From positions 2,496,001 to 2,560,000 of the forward strand of contig CAVVPN010000003.1 in assembly GCA_963750165.1 (NCBI GenBank): DNA of 64,000 nt. Direction: 5' to 3'. Below the pieces are notes generated by a model. The model saw only the letters and a program-made list of their open reading frames with translations. It was not told where the DNA came from and searched no databases. The DNA is from an uncultured Gemmataceae bacterium (GTDB lineage: Bacteria; Planctomycetota; Planctomycetia; Gemmatales; Gemmataceae). Below are positions 11,420 to 19,077 of this stretch, piece after piece. Position 1 is the first letter of the stretch. Each line of letters opens with the position of its first letter. Position numbers and translations under genes: made by a program.

Positions 11420-13498
11420 TTAAGGGGGGGTTCCCAGCGGTTGCAACGTGACCCGCCGGAAGGATGCTTCGCCTTGGTTTATCAAGAGCCCAAGTCCACC
11501 TTGGGGAGCCAACTCAAAAACCACGTCGTGCAATTCTTTGAACTTTTTTTTGTATTTATTGTAAGCGTCGGCGTGTTTGCGGAGTTGCTGTGGGGTGCCG
11601 GTGGCGAACGCTTCCGTCTTTTCGGGAGTCGCTCCCCAGGAAGCCCGCACCGCGTCCGGAGTCACCTCCAGCACCAACTCCCGCCAGGGCACCTCATCAA
11701 CGAGCGGATTGACCGCCTCAAAGGGTTTGTACGGTTGGATCACAGCGGTCTTGCTTAGCCCAAACCGCCGCAGTTCCAGGTAATGCGCTATCAGCTCCAC
11801 GCGGCTTTGCGCCGGTCCCTTTTTCGATTTGACATGGTTCCATTCCTTGTAGGTCAAGGTGATGTACGACAGCCGTTCCGGTTCGCCGACCTGATGGTGC
11901 GTGCGGCGGCTACAATAAATCCCGACCTCGCCGCCGCCAAAACGCCCGTCGTGCCGGACCTGGGCGCTAAACCGATACCGGGTCAGGTTGGCCGCTGCGG
12001 GATACGGGAATTCGATCAGGGTCAGCTTGGTGGTACTGACAGTGAACACCCGATCCGAATCGGTGGAAATCAAGGTCTTCTCTTTTCCCCGAGCCCACTC
12101 GAAGTACCCCGGCGGCCCCGTCTCGCCGATTAGCTCGACCTGCTGGTCTTTCTTCAACCGCTCCACCACGTCGTCGCGCATGCGCTGCGGATCGGACCAG
12201 TAAGCCGTCCAGGCCGTGAAGCCCCAAATGCCCCCGAGGGCGCCGAGGAGCAGACTCACCAACCCCACCGCCGCCGTGTGCCGTCGTACCCATTTGAGCG
12301 ACTTGCCCACCCAGGTGATCCGCCGCGCCAGGATCGGCTTGCCGTCCAGAAAACGCCGCAGATCGTCCGCCAACGCCGCGGCACTGGCGTAGCGCTGGGC
12401 CGGTTCCTTTTCCAGACACATCAGACAGATGGCCTGCAAATCGCGGTGGATCCGCGGCCTGGTTTTCCGCGCAAACCGGGGTTCGTGGGTCGTGATCTGG
12501 TGCAGATACTCCTTCAGCGTCGCACCCGTGAACGGCGGCTGGCCGGTCAGCAGTTCATAAAGGATCGCCCCCAGGGCATGCACGTCGGTCCGGACGCTGA
12601 TGTCGGTGCCGCGGCCGGTCGTTTGTTCGGGGGCCATGTACGCCAGCGTACCCACGATAGCGCCGAACTGCGTCAGGTCCATGCTGTCGTCCAGGCGTTT
12701 CGCCAGGCCGAAGTCGGTGATCTTGAGCGCGCCATCCGCCGCCAGCAAGACGTTGCCCGGCTTGAGATCGCGGTGTATCACTTCGCGCTGGTGAATGGCC
12801 TGCACGGTCCGCGCCAGCACCTCCATCTGTTCCGCGGCATGGCGCGGCGTCAGGCGTGCCACTTTCAGTTGTTTGGCCAGGCTCCCCCCCGCCAGGTACT
12901 CCATCGCGAAGAAGGGCAGGCCGTCCTGTTCGCTCACCTCATAAATCTGCACGACGTTAGGGTGCTGCAAGAGCCCCATGGTCCGGGTCTCGCGCAGGAA
13001 GCGCTCCTTCTCGTCGGGCGTGGCGAACGCGCCGTCGCGCATCATTTTGAGGGCGACCAGCGGCCGGGCCGGCGGCTTGACCTGACGCGCCAGGTAAACC
13101 ACGCCCATGGCGCCCTGGCCCAACTTCTCAAGAATCTCATAGCCCACGAACACCGGGATGCCCGTGATGGTGGCGTGGCCATTGATCGGGGGCATGTCGG
13201 CGGTGGCCGGCACCACCTCCGCAAAAATCGGCGGCACCAGTTCCTTGTGCTCGGGGAACCGGCTGGTGTACTCCTCCAGGTGCGGCGTGTCGCCGCTGCG
13301 GCAACGGTAGGTCAACTCCAGTGCCAGCAGTTCTTGAAACAGCAGCGGCCGGGCGGTGTCGTCCACCTCGCCGAGGTAGGTTTCCAGTTGCGGCGCCGCA
13401 CCGGACTGCCAGGCGGTCTCGAAGCGCAGGCAAACGGCATCGACCCGGTGCCGCACTGCCAGCGGCCACTCCACGCGGGCTGGGGCCGGCTCATTCAC
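11420..13498 (-). CDS. Transmembrane Hanks-type Ser/Thr protein kinase with C-terminal beta-sandwich sensor domain
   Basis: LGQGAMGVV, VALK, HRDLKPGN, DFG and YMAPE motifs; TM AAVGLVSLLLGALGGIWGF; GTG start overlaps the sigma stop (GTGA). Confidence 0.93.
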   Translation of the reverse strand: MNEPAPARVEWPLAVRHRVDAVCLRFETAWQSGAAPQLETYLGEVDDTARPLLFQELLALELTYRCRSGDTPHLEEYTSRFPEHKELVPPIFAEVVPATADMPPINGHATITGIPVFVGYEILEKLGQGAMGVVYLARQVKPPARPLVALKMMRDGAFATPDEKERFLRETRTMGLLQHPNVVQIYEVSEQDGLPFFAMEYLAGGSLAKQLKVARLTPRHAAEQMEVLARTVQAIHQREVIHRDLKPGNVLLAADGALKITDFGLAKRLDDSMDLTQFGAIVGTLAYMAPEQTTGRGTDISVRTDVHALGAILYELLTGQPPFTGATLKEYLHQITTHEPRFARKTRPRIHRDLQAICLMCLEKEPAQRYASAAALADDLRRFLDGKPILARRITWVGKSLKWVRRHTAAVGLVSLLLGALGGIWGFTAWTAYWSDPQRMRDDVVERLKKDQQVELIGETGPPGYFEWARGKEKTLISTDSDRVFTVSTTKLTLIEFPYPAAANLTRYRFSAQVRHDGRFGGGEVGIYCSRRTHHQVGEPERLSYITLTYKEWNHVKSKKGPAQSRVELIAHYLELRRFGLSKTAVIQPYKPFEAVNPLVDEVPWRELVLEVTPDAVRASWGATPEKTEAFATGTPQQLRKHADAYNKYKKKFKELHDVVFELAPQGGLGLLINQGEASFRRVTLQPLGTPP

Positions 13499-14127
13499 GA
13501 CACGCCCTCCTGTTCCCAGTGATCGCGGATCAGTTGCAGGCGGCGCTTGACGGTGCGCGTCACGCAGTTCATGCGGATAGCGATTTCGTCGAGGGTGTAG
13601 CCTTCCATTCGCCAGATGGCCAGTTGGCGCAGGTCGTCGCCCGGCAGCAGGTCCAGCAGGCGCCGGTACTCCTCGGCCACCTCGGCGGCGAAGTCCGGCG
13701 ACGGTTCGTCGCCCAGCACGCGCTGCAGTTCCTCGTCGGACACCTCGTGCCTCCGTCCTCCGCCCCGCTTGCGGGACTGCTCGCCGCGCAGAACATCAAT
13801 GGCCTTGTGGGCGGTGTTGACGACGAGCCACTGCCACAGGCCGTCGCGGTCGCTGAGTTGGGGCAGAGCGCCTCGGGCGGCGTCGCGGCAGAAACGATCA
13901 AAGACGCTGAGGGCCACGTCCTCGCCGTTCACGGGGGCGCGCGGGGCGTCGCGCAGGCGTTTGCCGGCCAGGAGTACCAGGCGGTGGAAGTAGCGTTCCC
14001 AGAGTGGTTGGGCGGCGGTGGCGTCGCCGGCCTTCAGCTGACCGATCCAGTGCGTGACGGAGCCTGGGGACGACATCGGCAGGCCCATTCGACGGTGGAA
14101 GGAATTTTGGTAAGTGATGGTAATCAT
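13495..14127 (-). CDS. ECF-type RNA polymerase sigma factor (planctomycete kinase-associated type)
   Basis: SVTHWIGQLKAGDATAAQPLWERYF, EDVALSVF, region 4 EGYTLDEIA...TRTVKRRL. ATG 14127 has a GGAGGA SD; alternative start ATG 14076 (MSSPGSVT). Confidence 0.9.
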   Translation of the reverse strand: MITITYQNSFHRRMGLPMSSPGSVTHWIGQLKAGDATAAQPLWERYFHRLVLLAGKRLRDAPRAPVNGEDVALSVFDRFCRDAARGALPQLSDRDGLWQWLVVNTAHKAIDVLRGEQSRKRGGGRRHEVSDEELQRVLGDEPSPDFAAEVAEEYRRLLDLLPGDDLRQLAIWRMEGYTLDEIAIRMNCVTRTVKRRLQLIRDHWEQEGVS

Positions 14128-14466
14128 ATAACGTCCTCCCCTGGGCCGCAATTCTTTACTGATTAAAAAAATATCAGAACGTGGGCGGACCAAACGGACA
14201 GCGACACTTGAATGCAGCACCTCGATTGAGAATCTGGACGAACCGACCGGTGACCGCAAGAGAAGGGAAGGGCGGATCGGCATCCCGCGCTTCCACTTCC
14301 CCGCAGTGCCATCCACCAGGTAAACGGAAACAGCGTCCGCGCGGGGACAGGCGGGACGAAAAAAATGTTCTCTTGAAACGGGAGGCATCGCCGTGAAGGA
14401 ACCCAAGCCGATGCGGCGTTTCTTAACCAGGGGGCGTACCGCGGGAACTGGCGGCGGCGTAACCGG

Positions 14467-15021
14467 CTACTCCTCAAAATCGTACTTCTCGAACAGCTTG
14501 CGGAACTGCGGGTCCGTCTCGATGTCGCCGAATTCCTTCAGCCAGCGCTGCGTCTCTGCGTCGCTCAGGCCGTCGCGCTTCTCCGGCGCCTCCGGTGGCC
14601 GCTGCCGGCGCCGGCGCTGCAAGCGTTCCAGTTCTTCCAGGAATTCGCCACAGCCCTGGGCGACGCACTGCCGCCGGCTGGCGGCGCGCTGCACCCGGTG
14701 ATCGTCCGACACCACCGTCAGCTGCTTCGGCGTCGAACTCTTGCGGATCAGTTCCTCGATCAGGTCGTCCGCCTCGTCCTGGCGGACGGCAAACTGGACC
14801 TCAATGGCGTGGAAGTGTTGATTGCCGTCGGCCCAGCGCAGCGCGCCGGCGGCGTCGAAGACAACGGTGACGTGCGGGCCGTCGCCGCCGAAGGTGTGGT
14901 GCAGTAACGACAGCAGCCGCAGACGCGCCTGCTCCAGGCGGCCGGGCGGAGCGACCTTGCCCTCCAGCAGCCCCATCGCGTACACAAGGTTGTAGCCGTC
15001 GATCAGATAGCCAGCGCTCAT
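14467..15021 (-). CDS. NYN domain (YacP-like) PIN-fold ribonuclease
   Basis: YLIDGYN, VVFD, ADDLIE and VVSDD acidic motifs. Confidence 0.85.
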   Translation of the reverse strand: MSAGYLIDGYNLVYAMGLLEGKVAPPGRLEQARLRLLSLLHHTFGGDGPHVTVVFDAAGALRWADGNQHFHAIEVQFAVRQDEADDLIEELIRKSSTPKQLTVVSDDHRVQRAASRRQCVAQGCGEFLEELERLQRRRRQRPPEAPEKRDGLSDAETQRWLKEFGDIETDPQFRKLFEKYDFEE

Positions 15022-15083
15022 GGCGGCGCCCGCGGGTAGTGCCTGTGGATTCCGGCCTCGCCCCCACAGTACATTCTATCCGG

Positions 15084-16373
15084 TCAACCGCTGAACCGCT
15101 GCATCACCAGCGCCGCGTTCTGGCCGCCGAAGCCGAAACTCGTGGACAGGGCCGTGCGCACCGGCTCCTCGCGGGCGGTGTTCGGCACGTAATCCAGGTC
15201 GCACTCCGGGTCCGGCTGCGTCTGGTTGATGGTCGGCGGCAGCGCCCCGTCCTTGAGCGTCAGCGCCAGTGCCACCGCCTCGACCGCGCCCGCCGCGCCG
15301 ATCAGGTGCCCCACCATCGACTTGATCGACGACATCGGCAGCGACCGCGCCCCTTCACCGAAGACGCGCTTGACCGCCGCCGTCTCCATCAGGTCGTTCA
15401 AGCGCGTGCTGGTGCCGTGGGCGTTGATGTAGTCCACGTCGTGGACATCCACCCGGGCGTCGCGCAGCGCCGCGGAGATGGCCCGCGCCGCGCCCCGGGC
15501 TTCCGGATCCGGCTTCGTCACCGCGTAGGCGTCGAAGCTGCTGCCCGAACCCAGCACCTCCGCGTAAATGGTCGCGCCGCGCCGTTTGGCGTGCTCCAGT
15601 TCCTCCAGCAGCAGCACGCCGGCGCCTTCGCCAAGCACGAAGCCGTCGCGACGACCGTCGAAGGGCCGCGACACCTCCGAGGGCGGCCGGTCGCCACGGC
15701 TCAGCGCCCCCAGCGCCGTGTACGCCAGAATCAACAGCGGGTCGATGCGGCTGTCAGCGCCGCCGGCCAGCACCAGGTCGGCCTCGTCGCGCTGAATCAG
15801 GCGCATGCCCTCGCCGACCGCCTGGGTGCCGGCGGCGCAGGCGGTGGTGATGGTGTTGTTTGGCCCCTGGGCGTTCAGCGCCATCGAGATGTGTGCTGCC
15901 ACCATGTTCGGCAGATACTTCAAAATCCACAGCGGGAACAGCGCGGAGGCGCCGCACTGACCCAGGCGCGTCGTCTGCAACCGACCCTGATCGTCGGCGG
16001 CCGCGACCAGCGCGGGCGTCAACTCCGGCAGGTCCACCGGCACCAGGCCGGTGCCCATGACGACGCCGATGCGCTCCGGGTTGACGCGGGCCAGTTCCAG
16101 ACCGCTGTCCTGCACGGCCAGGCCGGCGGCGCCGACAGCGAAGCGCATGGCCCGGCTCATGATCTTCAGGCCCTTGCGCTGCGCCGGCGGCACAAAGGGC
16201 AGCACGTCAAAGTTCTTGACCTCCGCGGCGATCTTGACGGGATGTTCCGAAGCATCGAAACTGCGGATTGGTCCGACGCCGCTGCGACCGTTCAGGCAGG
16301 CAGACCAGAACGCCTCCCGACCCACGCCGTTCGGGGCGACCACTCCCAAACCCGTGACCACGACCCGACGCAT
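15084..16373 (-). CDS. fabF: Beta-ketoacyl-ACP synthase II family protein
   Basis: MRRVVVTGLG start; catalytic TACAAG, AHGTST and KSMVGHLIGAAG; SFGFGGQN C-terminus. Confidence 0.9.
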   Translation of the reverse strand: MRRVVVTGLGVVAPNGVGREAFWSACLNGRSGVGPIRSFDASEHPVKIAAEVKNFDVLPFVPPAQRKGLKIMSRAMRFAVGAAGLAVQDSGLELARVNPERIGVVMGTGLVPVDLPELTPALVAAADDQGRLQTTRLGQCGASALFPLWILKYLPNMVAAHISMALNAQGPNNTITTACAAGTQAVGEGMRLIQRDEADLVLAGGADSRIDPLLILAYTALGALSRGDRPPSEVSRPFDGRRDGFVLGEGAGVLLLEELEHAKRRGATIYAEVLGSGSSFDAYAVTKPDPEARGAARAISAALRDARVDVHDVDYINAHGTSTRLNDLMETAAVKRVFGEGARSLPMSSIKSMVGHLIGAAGAVEAVALALTLKDGALPPTINQTQPDPECDLDYVPNTAREEPVRTALSTSFGFGGQNAALVMQRFSG

Positions 16374-16746
16374 GACTGACTCGTGTTTTAGGGGCCTATA
16401 ACGGTGAACCCTCCCTGGCCAGCGCAAGTGCCGTATCGGGTCGTACTTGACCAGACTACCCAAATTTACTAGCCGCCTTAAATTTAATGGAGAAGGGAAC
16501 CTGGAATCAATGGCGCCTGCACAGAAACCGGGCTGCCCCGGGGCAAATTCTTGGAGTTGTACGGAACGGACGGCTTTTTCGGAGCGTGGCGACCGGCGGC
16601 AAAATCTCCTGGTAATTCGCGCGGGCAGCCGTTACATTGGGACTACTGGGCAGCAACGCCAGCCTGCGCGGCGCGGCACGGGTCGCGCATCCACTCTCCT
16701 ACCTGCAGCGCACACCGCTCCGTCCGGGAGCGCGGGAGTTCCAACC

Positions 16747-18156
16747 ATGCTCAGCCTGAACGGCGGTCCGACCCGCTTGTGTGACGGCATCACCCGCCGC
16801 GATTTCCTGCAGCTCGGCTCCATCGGCGCCCTCGGCCTGAGCCTGCCGCAACTGCTGCGCGCCGACGCCCAACCCACCACGGGACGGCCGCGCCGCCGGG
16901 CCACAAGTTGCATTCTGTTCTTCCTTCTGGGCGGCCAGAGTCAGCTGGAAACCTTCGACATGAAGCCCAACGCTCCGGACAGCATCCGCGGTGAATTCCG
17001 GCCCATCGCCACGACCGTGCCGGGCATCACCGTCTGCGAACACATGCCGCGGTTGTCGCGCCAGGCCCACATCTTCGGCCAGATTCGTTCGATGACACAT
17101 CGGGCCTCGAACCACAACCCGGGCGTCTATTACGCCCTGACCGGGGTGCCGCCGGCGCGCGATATCGTTGCCCTGGCCACCTCGCCGGACGACTACCCGC
17201 ACCCGGGCTCGGTGGTGTCGCGTTTCCTGCCGGCGACGCGGCCGGTGCCGACGTTCGTGCAGCTGTCCCCACCGCTGGTCGGCGACGCCAACACGCAGGT
17301 GGCGGGCCAGAACGCTGGCTTCCTCAGCGCCGCCTACGACCCGCTCAAGGTGACCGGCGACCCCAATGAGCCGGACTTCGCCGTGGAGGAGCTGGCCCTG
17401 CCGGCGCCGGTTACGAATCAACGCCTGGACCGCCGCCGGTCGCTGCTGCGCACAGTCGAGGAGGAATTCCCGCTGGTCAACGAGCTGCCGGAACTGGACC
17501 GCATGTCCACGTACTACCGGCGGGCGTACCAGCTGGTCACGTCGCCGGAGGCGCGGCGCGCGTTTGACCTTCGCCAGGAGCCGGCCCGGCTGCGCGACCG
17601 CTACGGCCGCAACACGTTCGGCCAGTCGCTGCTGCTGGCGCGGCGACTGGTCGAGGCGGGCGTGCGGCTGACGACGGTGTACTGGGGCGGCGCCCTCAAC
17701 AGCCCCGACGACTACTGGGACACGCACCGCGGCAACATCCCCAAGCAGCGCGACAAGCTACTGCCGCTGTGGGACCAGTGTTTGTCGGCACTGCTGGAGG
17801 ACCTGGAGACGCGCGGCCTGCTGGAATCGACCCTGGTCATCAGCATGGGCGAGTTCGGCCGCACGCCGCGCATCGGCCAGGTATCGGTGAACGCCGGCAC
17901 CGACGCCACGGGCCGCGATCACTGGCCGAACTGCTACACGATCATGCTCGCCGGCGGCGGCGTCCGCGGCGGTGCCGTCGTGGGCCGCTCGGACCAGTAC
18001 ACCGCCTACCCGACGGAGCGGCCGACCGCACCGGAGGATTTGATTGCGACGATTTACCACGCCCTGGGCATGGACACCGAGGGCGAGCTGCGCGACCGCC
18101 TGAACCGGCCGCTGCCGATCACGCGCGGCCATCCGGTCACGGAATTGTTTGCTTGA
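16747..18156 (+). CDS. DUF1501 domain-containing protein
   Basis: CDGITRRDFLQLG twin-Arg-like N-terminus; GGQSQLETFDMKP, LLARRLVEAGV, WDTH, GEFGRTP and GRDHW motifs. Confidence 0.92.
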   Translation: MLSLNGGPTRLCDGITRRDFLQLGSIGALGLSLPQLLRADAQPTTGRPRRRATSCILFFLLGGQSQLETFDMKPNAPDSIRGEFRPIATTVPGITVCEHMPRLSRQAHIFGQIRSMTHRASNHNPGVYYALTGVPPARDIVALATSPDDYPHPGSVVSRFLPATRPVPTFVQLSPPLVGDANTQVAGQNAGFLSAAYDPLKVTGDPNEPDFAVEELALPAPVTNQRLDRRRSLLRTVEEEFPLVNELPELDRMSTYYRRAYQLVTSPEARRAFDLRQEPARLRDRYGRNTFGQSLLLARRLVEAGVRLTTVYWGGALNSPDDYWDTHRGNIPKQRDKLLPLWDQCLSALLEDLETRGLLESTLVISMGEFGRTPRIGQVSVNAGTDATGRDHWPNCYTIMLAGGGVRGGAVVGRSDQYTAYPTERPTAPEDLIATIYHALGMDTEGELRDRLNRPLPITRGHPVTELFA

Positions 18157-18178
18157 GGGAGGCTTCGGCGAAGCGGAG

Positions 18179-18613
18179 GTGGTATTGCGGCGAATCGCGT
18201 TCGATCTTGATGAAACGCTGGGCGTCCCGCTGATCGACGGAGCGAACATCATCGGCTGGCAGCTGCGGCCGGGTTGTGCCGACCTACTCGACCGCTTGCT
18301 ACCAGAATTCAGCCTCGTGCTCTGGTCCGTCAGTTCCCGCCGCTACGTGGACAAAGCGCTTTCGTTCGGCTTGAAGCGCTGGTTCGCGGAGTCGCACTCC
18401 TGGGACGAGTTGCCAGCGCGTTGGAAGGATGTGCGGCAGTTGCGGGCCGACTTCCTGGTGGACGACAGCCGGCATCACCGCGAGGCGGCCGAGCGGTTCG
18501 GATTGGCAGCAGCATACATCGTAGTGCCGGCGTATGGTAGCCCCGAAGATGTGGCCGACCCGCTGGGGTGGGTTCGCCTGGTCGAGTCCACTGTGAGTCA
18601 GATTGATCGATGA
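18179..18613 (+). CDS. HAD-superfamily NIF/FCP1-like phosphatase
   Basis: AFDLDETL motif I, LRPG, LW-S, KD and VDD motifs. Start uncertain (GTG 18179 or TTG 18185 after GGAGG). Confidence 0.75.
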   Translation: MVLRRIAFDLDETLGVPLIDGANIIGWQLRPGCADLLDRLLPEFSLVLWSVSSRRYVDKALSFGLKRWFAESHSWDELPARWKDVRQLRADFLVDDSRHHREAAERFGLAAAYIVVPAYGSPEDVADPLGWVRLVESTVSQIDR

Positions 18614-18638
18614 GCGCCACCTCAGAATGAAGTGATTT

Positions 18639-19004
18639 ATGGCCACGCGCGCCGAGAACGAAGGCTTCCGGATGTTGGATGAGTTCGTGACCGATGCCAT
18701 CCTCGAACCAGGAGTGCCGCGGGCGGACCCACAAAAACCGGGGAAAAACGAAGGCATTCAGGTCATTGAGGAACTGGTTTTCCAGGGCAGCAGCCCGGCT
18801 GAGCAACCCGGCGAGCCCACGCAGCAAATCACGCAGGCGCACCCCCACCGTGTCCTGAAACGCATCGGGCCCGTTGTCCTGAAGGCGGCCTGTATTTCCG
18901 TCGCGAGTGACTTGGGGGCTCAATTCGGAGGTTGGGTTGGGGCTTCTCTGGGTGCAGTGTTGTCGTCGCTTTGGTTCCTCCGTGACGATGCCGCGTCGTC
19001 TTGA
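18639..19004 (+). CDS. Small hypothetical protein with C-terminal hydrophobic/glycine-rich segment
   Basis: 121 aa ORF filling the gap between co-directional genes; GC3 bias in the 5' two thirds; no recognised motif. Confidence 0.4.
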   Translation: MATRAENEGFRMLDEFVTDAILEPGVPRADPQKPGKNEGIQVIEELVFQGSSPAEQPGEPTQQITQAHPHRVLKRIGPVVLKAACISVASDLGAQFGGWVGASLGAVLSSLWFLRDDAASS

Positions 19005-19077
19005 CCCGGTGTGATACCGACGCGAGCACGGGAGGAGGGGCGAGCGCTTTACCGAATGCCGATTTAGGTGTATTTTC

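Noticed and set aside
15084..16373. Polyketide/secondary metabolite cluster
   Set aside because: Lone ketosynthase; no ACP, chain-length factor or tailoring genes nearby.
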